DNA from: a virus
Lineage: Duplodnaviria; Heunggongvirae; Uroviricota; Caudoviricetes
Virus record (IMG/VR): IMGVR_UViG_2537562231_000018
Direction: 5' to 3' (one strand)
DNA: 24,218 nt
Each line of letters starts with the position of its first letter. The first letter of the stretch is position 1. The notes under the pieces are model-generated. The model was not told the DNA's origin. It saw nothing but the letters and a program-made list of their open reading frames with translations, and made no database searches. Shown here one piece after another: positions 7,428-15,967 of this stretch. The position numbers and the translations under genes were made by a program.

Positions 7428-8248
7428 CTATCTGGTCACCTTTTTCAGTTGTTGTTCTGCCCATGCTTCTTCAATATCAAACTGCACCACCAGCGTATCG
7501 TAAAAACGTTTAACTGTTTTTTTCCATGTATCAAGAGATATGGCATCGGTTACATTACATATGGCATTAAATGCCTCCGTTGAAGGTAATCTTTCATAGC
7601 CACGACCACCACAACGCTGGCAGTCTCTGATAACAGGCATACCACGTTTTACCGACTCTTCACGATGAATGGCAACACCGCGCCCACGACAATCTTTACA
7701 GGCGGTGGAAACCTCCCCCTTCCCTCCACACTCCGGACAGGCAACTTTTACCACCTCCCTGACTTTTTCCATTCCTCCCAGTAAGACTGATACACGCCTT
7801 TTGTACACTTTGCCCATACTGGCGGCTTACCATCCGGATACTGAATCTTGTTTGTAAAAATCTCGCTTTCAATAAATTTTTTTCCGTGACAGCATGGGCA
7901 CTGTTTTTTGCTCGCCGCGCTCCGGGCATAATCCTCAAACGCATACGAAGCCATAATGCGCATCACTACCGGTTTTATTTCTGCCGGAAGTTTTCTTAAC
8001 GCTGCCACGCGATCACACCGACTGAGAGCGTATTCTGCCAGCAGTTCTGTTGCCCGCTCCCTGTCATTCATACTGATGCCCATTTTCCCAAGGAACGCAG
8101 AAAACCCCATCTCAGCCCGATTCTGTGTCATGCCCTGCGCTGCCATCACATCAGTGATACTCAGCGCATCTTTTGACGTTGAGGCCGATGCATCCGTCAG
8201 ACCCGGTGATTTTGGGGAATAGTATTTTGGTAAATCTTCCAGTTTCAT
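7428..8248 (-). CDS. Q: antitermination protein Q (lambda Q / QuuQ family), split into two overlapping frames by an apparent 1-bp frameshift
   Basis: ORF 7748..8248 (MKLEDLPKYYSPKSP..TDVMAAQGM..SYAFEDYARSAA..CPCCHGKK) aligns with the lambda Q N-terminus; ORF 7428..7817 (..CKDCRGRGVAIHREESVKRGMPVIRDCQRCGGRGYERLP..TWKKTVKRFYDTLVVQ..VTR) aligns with the lambda Q zinc finger and C-terminus. The frames differ by -1 and would join across the A5 run at about 7766..7770. Confidence 0.75.
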
Positions 8249-8619
8249 TCTTTTGCCTGCCAGCCATGCGTTATTTCGTAAATTTTCACACCAAGCCGTC
8301 CGCCTGGAACAGGCAGACCGCGCACAATATTAATTTCATCAAACTGCTCGTCGTCGATAAGTAGTCCTGCATGCGTCAGCGCATCCAGTAGCGCTTTCAG
8401 AATGTTGTCCAGGTCACGACGGCGCTTATCCGGTGGCTCTGCAATAATTTTTATTGTCAGCCTTCCGGGCAGGCTTAATTTCAACCGCTGCTGGCGAACA
8501 ATAAGCGCTACTGCCCGTCGATAGCGCTTTCCCTCCTCAGATATAAAATATGTGCTGCCACGGCGTCGCCAGTAAGTGTTCACCGTCGGCGGGTAAGGTA
8601 AAACCAAATCTATGAGCAT
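8245..8619 (-). CDS. rusA: Holliday junction resolvase RusA
   Basis: 124 aa; YPPTVNTYWRR..; PDKRRRDLDNILKALLDALTHAGLLIDDEQF matches the RusA catalytic region; ATGA overlap with the Q start. Confidence 0.85.
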   Translation of the reverse strand: MLIDLVLPYPPTVNTYWRRRGSTYFISEEGKRYRRAVALIVRQQRLKLSLPGRLTIKIIAEPPDKRRRDLDNILKALLDALTHAGLLIDDEQFDEINIVRGLPVPGGRLGVKIYEITHGWQAKE

Positions 8620-8631
8620 CAGTCACCTCTT

Positions 8632-9681
8632 TTACCCGAGCACGCCAGTCGCAAAGGCGTGATCAAGAAAACGAAAAATTAACTCAACCTGGGACCCGTA
8701 CTTTTTCTCAAACTCCAGCGGGTCAGCATGAAGTTCGTTGTGGTGCTCCCGGCACAACGGTAGCGTGAAAATATCGTGGGATTTTGTCCCCATTCCGCCC
8801 TGACCATGACCAATCAGGTGATGCGGATCGTCGGCTGGCTTACCACAACACACGCACGGCTGTGTCTTTACCCAGCGCGTGTATTTCTCATTTACCCAAC
8901 GGCGACGTTTAGGCCGCTTCATGAACGATTCAGGAGACTCCGGATCAACGGCTATACTGACCACCGCTTTTTTCTGTGGTGGATTTTGTTGCTGGTGGAC
9001 GTGAAGTGGCAGCGCAATATTTTTTGTGCGCTGCTTCAGTATGCTGGTGGCGGTCTGCGCTCCCGGAATGATGTCACTCTCACGATATACGGAGCGGATT
9101 TTTTCCACCGGTAATCCCAGCGAACGACGCAATACAGACTCAGGAAGCGCATCAGCCACCTGATTGCAGACCGCCCACCAGGATAATTCAGCCAGCGATA
9201 ATTCACGTTCCTGTGCGCCATTCATTGCATGCCGAATGACGTCAATCATCCAGGCAACCAGATTCTGTTGAGCAAGTTGCTCCAGTGAATCAGATGTCTG
9301 CTCCCGCAGGTGGTTGTCGCAGTGCCAGCACAACACCATCGCGCCGGTACCGTAACGGTGAATGACGGTTTCGCTGTGATGATAATCGCCGTGTGGCCAC
9401 TGGCAGGATTTCACGTGACGTAATAACCAGTCAGACAGTACACCAGCGCCACCCGCAGCACGGATCACCCGCTCATCGCTGAAAAATGGCAGTAATGATT
9501 TATCTTCCGCCAGCGGCTGGCGAACGGCAGGTACACCCCCAGACGGCAGAGCACGCATGCTTTTCGGTTCCGGCTCCACCAGCACCCTGCCGCAATGAAA
9601 AACAGGCAGTGATTCGCGTCCGGGCTTAAGGACCACCAGGCCAAGTTCCGGCACCAGAACAGGTCGAAGTAATACCCGCAC
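8632..9681 (-). CDS. DUF968-like phage protein (YdfU-like) with C-terminal HNH-like Cys/His motif
   Basis: 349-aa ORF (GTG start; true start may be internal); C-terminal PCVCCGKPADDPHHLIGHGQGGMGTKSHDIFTLPLCREHHNELH; same position as ydfU next to Q in Qin. Confidence 0.5.
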   Translation of the reverse strand: MRVLLRPVLVPELGLVVLKPGRESLPVFHCGRVLVEPEPKSMRALPSGGVPAVRQPLAEDKSLLPFFSDERVIRAAGGAGVLSDWLLRHVKSCQWPHGDYHHSETVIHRYGTGAMVLCWHCDNHLREQTSDSLEQLAQQNLVAWMIDVIRHAMNGAQERELSLAELSWWAVCNQVADALPESVLRRSLGLPVEKIRSVYRESDIIPGAQTATSILKQRTKNIALPLHVHQQQNPPQKKAVVSIAVDPESPESFMKRPKRRRWVNEKYTRWVKTQPCVCCGKPADDPHHLIGHGQGGMGTKSHDIFTLPLCREHHNELHADPLEFEKKYGSQVELIFRFLDHAFATGVLG

Positions 9682-9682
9682 G

Positions 9683-9973
9683 TTACCTCCAGATACGTTG
9701 CTGGAATGTGCGGGACGGACGCGGTGGATGTTCGGAATAAGGGAGCCTGACAGAGATTATCCAGTGACGATAATCGAGGCTGATGGCTTTCTTAACCTCG
9801 TATCCGCGCCTGCGGTAACACTGAATCAGCCATTCGGCCTGTTCTTCAGTGCATGGGGGATGCTGGTACCAGTCGGTTTTAAATACGTGCGAATGCCGCC
9901 CCCGCTTAATGGCCGGGACGGCTTCAGAATTGTGGGATTTTATACGTTGCGCCATCGGGTTCTCCGGTGACAC
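9683..9973 (-). CDS. hypothetical protein (Rem-like by synteny); likely true start ATG at 9955
   Basis: ORF of 96 aa from GTG; ATG at 9955 has GGAG 7 nt upstream; sits between the DUF968 gene and hok as rem does in Qin. Confidence 0.45.
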   Translation of the reverse strand: MSPENPMAQRIKSHNSEAVPAIKRGRHSHVFKTDWYQHPPCTEEQAEWLIQCYRRRGYEVKKAISLDYRHWIISVRLPYSEHPPRPSRTFQQRIWR

Positions 9974-10023
9974 AGCAGGTGCCAGTTGTTCAGGCTGGCG
10001 TGCGAATTGTAAACCAGAATGTC

Positions 10024-10053
10024 AAGAAAAAACAAAACCCGCAGAAGCGGGTT
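10024..10053 (-). terminator. intrinsic terminator at the 3' end of the hok mRNA
   Basis: Minus-strand RNA AACCCGC-UUCU-GCGGGUU followed by UUGUUUUUUCUU. Confidence 0.5.
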
Positions 10054-10121
10054 AAGTGCGGGTGCGTTGAGGATGCCTGACACATCAGAGGTGGCGAGGG
10101 ATTTCTCCCTCGCCGGGTCTC

Positions 10122-10277
10122 TTACTTCTCAGATTCGTAAGCTGTGAAGACAGCGACCTCCGTCTGGCCGGTTCGGATTCGTACCTCGCAGAGGTCTTTC
10201 CTCGTTACCAGTACCGTTACAACGACGGTAATACAGATGACGATCAGGGCGATTAGCATCGCCTTTTGCTGCTTCAT
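10122..10277 (-). CDS. hok: Hok/Gef-family type I toxin (HokD/RelF-like)
   Basis: MKQQKAMLIALIVICITVVVTVLVTRKDLCEVRIRTGQTEVAVFTAYESEK, 51 aa, near-identical in pattern to E. coli Hok/Gef proteins. The tracker ORF is extended upstream in frame to 10334. Confidence 0.85.
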   Translation of the reverse strand: MKQQKAMLIALIVICITVVVTVLVTRKDLCEVRIRTGQTEVAVFTAYESEK

Positions 10278-10325
10278 AGCCTGCTGCTCCTTGCCTTTCG
10301 GCGCGTAAGAGGCTAATCTAAGTGT

Positions 10326-10398
10326 GCAAGTCATAGATATGGCCTCAGATTAATGTTAAGCGTCCTGCAAGACGCATAATGTTAACTGGGGCTTTTCT
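10326..10398 (+). ncRNA. sok: candidate Sok antisense RNA (position and promoter inferred)
   Basis: Plus-strand promoter TTGCCT (10291..10296) -17 bp- TAATCT (10314..10319) faces away from hok and overlaps the hok leader; downstream hairpin GCGTCCTGCAAGACGC and a T-rich stretch. Exact ends not determinable by eye. Confidence 0.3.
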
Positions 10399-10527
10399 CT
10401 GTCTGCCTTACGTCGGCATGCCCGAGGCAGACAGCCTCAAGCACCCGCAGCAATTCTACTTAACTCTCGCTTTACCGCAAACCGTTTTACCCGATATGGG
10501 AATGCCCATATCGCAATGAATTCAGTT

Positions 10528-10626
10528 TCACATCCGATCCATCAAAAACACAACCAGGCAGTAAACGCCCACAACAGAAATAACGGCCAGCGCGCCTTCC
10601 ATTGCCAGTGAAATATCATCCGACAT
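10528..10626 (-). CDS. hypothetical 32-aa hydrophobic peptide
   Basis: MSDDISLAMEGALAVISVVGVYCLVVFLMDRM with a strong AAGGAGGG SD 4 nt upstream of the ATG. Confidence 0.3.
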   Translation of the reverse strand: MSDDISLAMEGALAVISVVGVYCLVVFLMDRM

Positions 10627-10661
10627 ATTCCCTCCTTTGGTGTTAATCCCGGCGAACGTTT

Positions 10662-10745
10662 TTACCCCCACCGACAAATAACATATACTAAAAAAGCGAT
10701 AGCCATAGCAACGCCTGTAATTGCAAATGCTTCAGGCCAGTTCAT
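10662..10745 (-). CDS. hypothetical 27-aa hydrophobic peptide, ATGA-coupled to the upstream gene
   Basis: MNWPEAFAITGVAMAIAFLVYVICRWG; start overlaps the stop of ORF 10742..11311. Confidence 0.25.
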   Translation of the reverse strand: MNWPEAFAITGVAMAIAFLVYVICRWG

Positions 10746-11311
10746 TGGCGCACCTTCTGCGGCGGTTCAGGTAGAAGCATCCGATTGATTACATCGCATT
10801 CAGGGATGCTGATATCATCACCAAGCCATCCTTGACCTTCAGACCAGCATTGCACGTAATACCCGTATTCTGTGTTCACTACGCACCACTGCCCGTCATC
10901 CGGCATTCGCTCACTACAGCTTATCCAACCATCCGGAGTTACCGGATGGTTGGTTGACGTTTCCGAGATTTCCCGAAAATTATTGGTTGACGAACCCTTA
11001 TGTTCCCGAAAGTTTCCAGCCTGAAGCATGGCGGCGCGGTGACACCAGATAATCCAGCCAAGCGCCATATCCCATGCCATGTATTCTCTATCGCCATTTT
11101 TTGCTCTGCGGCGATCTACAGATTCTCCGAAACGCTTCTCCATAAATAATTCATAGGCTGCTCGTTCATCCGATACTGCTGCCAGTGATGCCAGTGCAAT
11201 CCGTGCCAGCTCTTCCGCTTCTTCTGCTGGAAGCACAACGTTGCTACCAGGTCCGTATGTTTCGCGCCACTGCTTGATTGTCAGTAGTCGCTCTTTGGTA
11301 ATAGTGATCAT
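10742..11311 (-). CDS. phage protein with DUF551-like C-terminal domain
   Basis: 189 aa; C-terminal DGWISCSERMPDDGQWCVVNTEYGYYVQCW resembles the DUF551 signature (WIS..D.LP) as recalled. Confidence 0.5.
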   Translation of the reverse strand: MITITKERLLTIKQWRETYGPGSNVVLPAEEAEELARIALASLAAVSDERAAYELFMEKRFGESVDRRRAKNGDREYMAWDMALGWIIWCHRAAMLQAGNFREHKGSSTNNFREISETSTNHPVTPDGWISCSERMPDDGQWCVVNTEYGYYVQCWSEGQGWLGDDISIPECDVINRMLLPEPPQKVRQ

Positions 11312-11823
11312 GCCGCGTTTCCTTCTTTCTTATTAACAATTACACCGTCATATATTTCATTAAGGTGCCCTCTCAACTCCATGCGCCTTAATGCAGATAA
11401 CATGTAATCGCATTCAACCTGCTTATTTCCGGTAAATGGCTTATCGTCAGGATTACCCCAACAGCAATTACCCTTGGGCCACCCATATACTTTCCGTACT
11501 CTTCCGTTAACAACGTGAAGTAATCCCCAGCCAGGTGGTAAATCCTCAATTGAAATAATTCCCGGCTCACTAATAAAGAATCGCCAGTCCCCCATGCCAA
11601 GAGAGGGATTTTTACGGAAACGCTTTTTTCTATCTGCCAACAAGTCAGCACGAGAACACTTCGCCTCTATCAGGCATGATGCTGAATTTCTGAATCCCAT
11701 AGCATCTGGTTGTTCTCCAGTACTGGTTACAGCAACAAAGCGGTCATGAAAGCAAACCTTGAACCCGTTGCGCTTAAGGAACCTGTAGGCAATCTGACAG
11801 AGTTCGCGGTGTGTTAACGCCAT
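11308..11823 (-). CDS. hypothetical protein with PD-(D/E)xK-like nuclease motif
   Basis: 171 aa; GEQPDAMGF..CLIEAKCS fits a PD..ExK active-site spacing; ATGA-coupled to neighbours in the nin-like block. Confidence 0.4.
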   Translation of the reverse strand: MALTHRELCQIAYRFLKRNGFKVCFHDRFVAVTSTGEQPDAMGFRNSASCLIEAKCSRADLLADRKKRFRKNPSLGMGDWRFFISEPGIISIEDLPPGWGLLHVVNGRVRKVYGWPKGNCCWGNPDDKPFTGNKQVECDYMLSALRRMELRGHLNEIYDGVIVNKKEGNAA

Positions 11824-11824
11824 C

Positions 11825-12184
11825 TCATTCTCCTTTGATGCGAATGTTTACAACCTGACAAGCCTCTTTGAGTACCCAGTCAACAGCATCTTTCCATGCA
11901 CCTGTTTCGACGGGTGGATTCTCACGCTTTACCTGTTCATAAAAGCGCACGGCTTTAACTAGTCCTTCTGATGTCACCGGGGCTGGCGGGGCCGTGAATA
12001 ACGCCTGAATTTCATAGTTCGGTCTGTCGTTACAATCTTCTTTTGTCTGGACATATTTCCAGTCACCAGCCCACTGCTTCCCCTGAAAGTCTGTAACGCC
12101 TTTTTTCACGTAGCGATATCGCCATGCCACTGGTTTTGCCTGCCCTGCCTTTTCATGCCCTTCCTGATAATTAATCTCGCTCAT
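11825..12184 (-). CDS. hypothetical phage protein
   Basis: 119-aa ORF, start overlaps the stop of the upstream small ORF; no recognisable motif. Confidence 0.45.
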   Translation of the reverse strand: MSEINYQEGHEKAGQAKPVAWRYRYVKKGVTDFQGKQWAGDWKYVQTKEDCNDRPNYEIQALFTAPPAPVTSEGLVKAVRFYEQVKRENPPVETGAWKDAVDWVLKEACQVVNIRIKGE

Positions 12185-12357
12185 TCATCGCCCCACTCAT
12201 CACAATATGCTTCGACCGGAGTTTTCCCTGCTTCATAATCATCACGCCATGCTTCAGCATCAGCGGCACTTCCACCGCGTAACTCTGCATAATCCATTAA
12301 CAGTTCATGCCATTCTTCAAAACTGGCGTTATATTTAGTTGAACCAAAATCAGCCAT
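12181..12357 (-). CDS. hypothetical small acidic protein (58 aa)
   Basis: MADFGSTKYNASFEEWHELLMDYAELRGGSAADAEAWRDDYEAGKTPVEAYCDEWGDE; start overlaps the stop of 12350..12532 and stop overlaps the start of 11825..12184. Confidence 0.4.
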   Translation of the reverse strand: MADFGSTKYNASFEEWHELLMDYAELRGGSAADAEAWRDDYEAGKTPVEAYCDEWGDE

Positions 12358-12532
12358 TTTGTCCTTCCTCTTCGTCTTTTATTTCGTGGTATGAGTAATT
12401 GCAGTAGTTAAAGAAAATTTCTTTTGCTTCGTCATGAATTTCATCAGGTGTTGCGTCATCATCTACTTCGAATACATCCTCAAAATCTCCACCAGCTATT
12501 CCCGTTTCAATAATTATTTTGAATTTTCGCAT
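12350..12532 (-). CDS. hypothetical small acidic protein (60 aa); tracker ORF extension to 12631 lies inside the IS and is artefactual
   Basis: MRKFKIIIETGIAGGDFEDVFEVDDDATPDEIHDEAKEIFFNYCNYSYHEIKDEEEGQNG; the IS66 left end sits 16 bp upstream of this ATG. Confidence 0.4.
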   Translation of the reverse strand: MRKFKIIIETGIAGGDFEDVFEVDDDATPDEIHDEAKEIFFNYCNYSYHEIKDEEEGQNG

Positions 12533-12629
12533 TTCACTACCGCCATTTGTAAGCGTCGTCTCAGCACCGTCTGGCAGATCCTGAAATTCCTGAGAGAATA
12601 GTGGACACCAAATATGGTGGACGCTATCC

Positions 12630-13034
12630 ATGAAATCATTAACCGCAGTGCGTAAAAAAAGCCCTAATTATCCCGTTGAGTTCAAAATCAAAATGGTTGA
12701 ACTCTCGCATCGACCAGAGATCTCCGTAGCGCAACTCGCTCGTGAGCATGGGATCAACGATAATTTGCTGTTCAAGTGGCGCCAGTACTGGCGCGAAGGA
12801 AAACTACGTCCTCCTTCAACAACAGAAAACAACGTGCCTGAGCTGCTCCCGATAACACTTGATGCCGAAGATGTTGTCCCTACAACCTCCCCCCGGTCAC
12901 AACCTGTAGCTGCTGCGACACCTGAATCACTCAATATCAGCTGTGAAGTGACGTTCCGGCACGGATCACTCCGTCTGAATGGTGCCATCAGCGAAAATAT
13001 CCTGAACCTGCTGATACGGGAGCTCAAACGTTGA
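12630..13034 (+). CDS. IS66-family accessory protein (orfA/TnpA)
   Basis: 134 aa; EFKIKMVELSHRPEISVAQLAREHGINDNLLFKWRQYW HTH region typical of IS66 orfA. Confidence 0.85.
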   Translation: MKSLTAVRKKSPNYPVEFKIKMVELSHRPEISVAQLAREHGINDNLLFKWRQYWREGKLRPPSTTENNVPELLPITLDAEDVVPTTSPRSQPVAAATPESLNISCEVTFRHGSLRLNGAISENILNLLIRELKR

Positions 13035-13378
13035 TCCCATTACCATCAGGGACAAAGATCTGGCTGGTCGCTGGCATCACCGATATGAGAAACGGCTTCA
13101 ACGGCCTGGCGGCAAAGGTGCAGACGACGCTGAAAGACGATCCGATGTCAGGTCACGTTTTTATCTTCCGTGGGCGTAATGGCAGTCAGGTAAAGCTCCT
13201 CTGGTCTACCGGCGATGGACTGTGTCTGCTGACCAAACGGCTGGAGCGCGGCCGCTTCGCCTGGCCGTCAGCCCGGGATGGCAAAGTGTTCCTCACACCG
13301 GCACAGCTGGCGATGCTGCTGGAAGGTATCGACTGGCGGCAGCCTAAAAGACTGCTTACGTCCCTGACTATGTTGTAA
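13031..13378 (+). CDS. IS66-family orfB (TnpB)
   Basis: 115 aa; KIWLVAGITDMRNGFNGLAAKV..HVFIFRGRNG..KLLWSTGDGLCLLTKRLE, the characteristic IS66 orfB pattern; ATGA overlap with orfA. Confidence 0.85.
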   Translation: MIPLPSGTKIWLVAGITDMRNGFNGLAAKVQTTLKDDPMSGHVFIFRGRNGSQVKLLWSTGDGLCLLTKRLERGRFAWPSARDGKVFLTPAQLAMLLEGIDWRQPKRLLTSLTML

Positions 13379-13426
13379 GCCTCTTTATCCTGGTCGACGC
13401 TGAATGAGCCTGGTAATATACCCGGT

Positions 13427-14965
13427 ATGAGCAGCTCACTTCCTGACGATATCAATGCACTGAAACGTCTCCTTGCCGAACAGGAGGCGCTGAACCGTGC
13501 CCTGCAGGAAAAGCTGAACGAGCGTGAACGCGAAATAGACCATCTGCAGGCACAGCTGGATAAGCTGCGCCGGATGAACTTCGGCAGCCGCTCGGAAAAA
13601 GTCTCCCGTCGTATCGCACAGATGGAAGCTGACCTGAAGGCACTTCAGAAAGAAAGTGATACCCTTACCGGTCGGGTTGACGACCCGGCCGTGCAGCGCC
13701 CGCTGCGTCAAACCCGCACCCGCAAACCGTTCCCCGAATCACTCCCCCGCGATGAAAAACGGCTGCTGCCGGCAGCGTCATGCTGCCCGGAATGTGGAGG
13801 CTCGCTGAGCTATCTGGGTGAGGATGCCGCCGAACAGCTGGAGCTGATGCGCAGCGCCTTCCGGGTTATCCGGACTGTACGTGAAAAGCATGCCTGTACT
13901 CAGTGCGATGCCATCGTGCAGGCCCCCGCGCCTTCACGGCCCATCGAGCGGGGTATCGCAGGACCGGGGCTGCTGGCCCGCGTGCTGATCTCAAAGTATG
14001 CAGAGCACACCCCGCTGTACCGCCAGTCTGAAATGTACGGCCGCCAGGGCGTGGAGCTGAGTCGTTCACTGCTGTCGGGCTGGGTGGATGCATGCTGCCG
14101 GCTACTGTCACCGCTGGAAGAAGCGCTTCAGGACTATGTGCTGACTGACGGTAAGCTCCATGCTGATGACACGCCTGTCCCGGTGCTGTTGCCAGGCAAT
14201 AAGAAAACGAAGACCGGGCGGTTATGGACCTACGTTCGTGACGACCGTAACGCCGGGTCAACGCTGGCGCCGGCGGTGTGGTTCGCTTACAGCCCGGACA
14301 GAAAAGGCATCCATCCGCAGACCCATCTTGCGGGGTTCAGTGGTGTACTGCAGGCGGATGCATACGCCGGGTTCAACGAGCTGTACCGGGATGGCCGGAT
14401 AACGGAAGCCGCTTGTTGGGCTCACGCCCGCCGTAAAATCCACGATGTGCACGTTCGCACCCCGTCAGCCCTGACGGAGGAAGCGCTGAAACGGATCGGC
14501 GAACTGTACGCCATCGAGGCAGAGATAAGGGGAATGACGGCGGAGCAGCGCCTTGCCGAACGTCAGTTGAAAACGAAACCGCTGCTGAAATCCCTGGAAA
14601 GCTGGCTGCGTGAAAAGATGAAAACCCTGTCGCGACACTCAGAACTGGCGAAAGCGTTCGCATACGCCCTGAACCAGTGGCCGGCGCTGACGTACTATGC
14701 AGATGATGGCTGGGCTGAGGCGGACAATAACATCGCTGAAAATGCGTTGCGGATGGTCAGTCTGGGCCGCAAAAACTACCTGTTCTTCGGTTCGGATCAT
14801 GGAGGAGAGCGGGGAGCGCTGCTGTACAGCCTGATCGGGACGTGCAAACTGAACGGAGTGGAGCCAGAAAGCTACCTCCGCTATGTCCTTGACGTCATAG
14901 CCGACTGGCCGATAAACCGGGTCGGCGAACTGCTCCCCTGGCGCGTAGCACTGCCGACTGAATAA
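13427..14965 (+). CDS. IS66-family transposase (orfC/TnpC), intact
   Basis: 512 aa; N-terminal coiled coil, CCPECGG..C.QC zinc motif, [27 protein letters not shown] and downstream catalytic region. Confidence 0.9.
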   Translation: MSSSLPDDINALKRLLAEQEALNRALQEKLNEREREIDHLQAQLDKLRRMNFGSRSEKVSRRIAQMEADLKALQKESDTLTGRVDDPAVQRPLRQTRTRKPFPESLPRDEKRLLPAASCCPECGGSLSYLGEDAAEQLELMRSAFRVIRTVREKHACTQCDAIVQAPAPSRPIERGIAGPGLLARVLISKYAEHTPLYRQSEMYGRQGVELSRSLLSGWVDACCRLLSPLEEALQDYVLTDGKLHADDTPVPVLLPGNKKTKTGRLWTYVRDDRNAGSTLAPAVWFAYSPDRKGIHPQTHLAGFSGVLQADAYAGFNELYRDGRITEAACWAHARRKIHDVHVRTPSALTEEALKRIGELYAIEAEIRGMTAEQRLAERQLKTKPLLKSLESWLREKMKTLSRHSELAKAFAYALNQWPALTYYADDGWAEADNNIAENALRMVSLGRKNYLFFGSDHGGERGALLYSLIGTCKLNGVEPESYLRYVLDVIADWPINRVGELLPWRVALPTE

Positions 14966-15087
14966 CACATCCCCGTCAATACGGTTCTTGCTGCACGCTT
15001 ACCGCCATTTCGAACGGCCTCCTGATGTTCTGAGGGTGCAGAAATCCCTCCGGTTAAGGATTAAATTTTTAACAGTGCTAAATTTAA

Positions 15088-15444
15088 TTATTCAGTTCTT
15101 GATTTTGCCGCCCTGCGTATCCGCGCTTTCGCGTTACGCTCAATCTGAATTAGCTTTTCTATATTTCTCCGCCTTTCCCGTTCCTCCTGGCGCAAGAGCC
15201 TTACATCATCTGCCAGTCTGGTTTCTCTTTTCGCCACAGAGAGCATCCAGTCAAATGGCTCCACAACTGCACCGCAGATTTTACAGCGGACCTGACGCTC
15301 TTTTTCGTCAACCCGGACAGAGGCGTGATGACAATATGGTCTTTCCGATGGCTCATAAAGAAAATTAACCTGATTACGTGGGTCATCCTCTTTTACCGGA
15401 AATAAAACAATATTACTTAACTCATCTTCTGGTTTTATTTCCAT
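15088..15444 (-). CDS. hypothetical zinc-ribbon protein (start chosen at ATG with AAGGAGAGG SD; tracker GTG start at 15501)
   Basis: 118 aa from MEIKPEDELSNIV..; CHH..CKICG motif; strong SD before the ATG at 15444. Confidence 0.45.
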   Translation of the reverse strand: MEIKPEDELSNIVLFPVKEDDPRNQVNFLYEPSERPYCHHASVRVDEKERQVRCKICGAVVEPFDWMLSVAKRETRLADDVRLLRQEERERRRNIEKLIQIERNAKARIRRAAKSRTE

Positions 15445-15501
15445 GCTCCTCTCCTTTGATGCGAATGCCAGCGGCAATTGAAGCCTGATAGCTAATTTCA
15501 C

Positions 15502-15927
15502 TCACAGCACCACCTCCTGAAAATTCCCCTGATAAAACGCCAGCACGCGCTGCATAACTTCGCTCTTCCGGCACTCGCTACAGATTATGTTCTGACGCCT
15601 GTCATAACGACGTATTTCTCCGTCTGGTAACGACCAGATAAGGTCCGGATCAACCACAGGTGTTTTTTTCTTCAGCTTTGCCCTTGAGAGTTTTTTGCGG
15701 GCGTTTTGCCAGTCCTTACGAGCCTGTTCAGACGGGAATAACCCGTAACCAGAGTTGTATACATCACCACTGGCAACCAGCTCTCTGGCGAGAACGCTCA
15801 TCAGATATCTTGTCGCACCTGTCTTGGCTTCCAGTTGCCGTAACGTCTCGCGCCCACTCCGGCGTACTAGCTCAACAACCTGCCCTTTAATTTTTTCTCG
15901 CTCTTCTTGTGTAAAAACTTTTGCCAC
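15502..15927 (-). CDS. hypothetical early-region protein
   Basis: 141 aa from a GTG start with AGGAGG 5 nt upstream; CSEC motif near the C-terminus. Confidence 0.45.
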   Translation of the reverse strand: MAKVFTQEEREKIKGQVVELVRRSGRETLRQLEAKTGATRYLMSVLARELVASGDVYNSGYGLFPSEQARKDWQNARKKLSRAKLKKKTPVVDPDLIWSLPDGEIRRYDRRQNIICSECRKSEVMQRVLAFYQGNFQEVVL

Positions 15928-15967
15928 AAGCCCTCCTGAAAATTACCTCATGACCTGAAATAAACAC

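Larger units (their letters stand above)
12549..15002 (+). mobile_element. IS66-family insertion sequence, copy 1 (2454 bp) with 8-bp target duplication CGCCATTT
   Basis: Ends GTAAGCGTCGTCTCAGCACC and its imperfect inverse ..GCACGCTTAC; identical CGCCATTT at 12541..12548 and 15003..15010; three-ORF IS66 organisation. Confidence 0.9.

Noticed and set aside
12533-12631. N-terminal extension of tracker ORF 12350..12631
   Set aside because: The first 33 codons lie inside the IS66 left end; the real gene most likely starts at ATG 12532.
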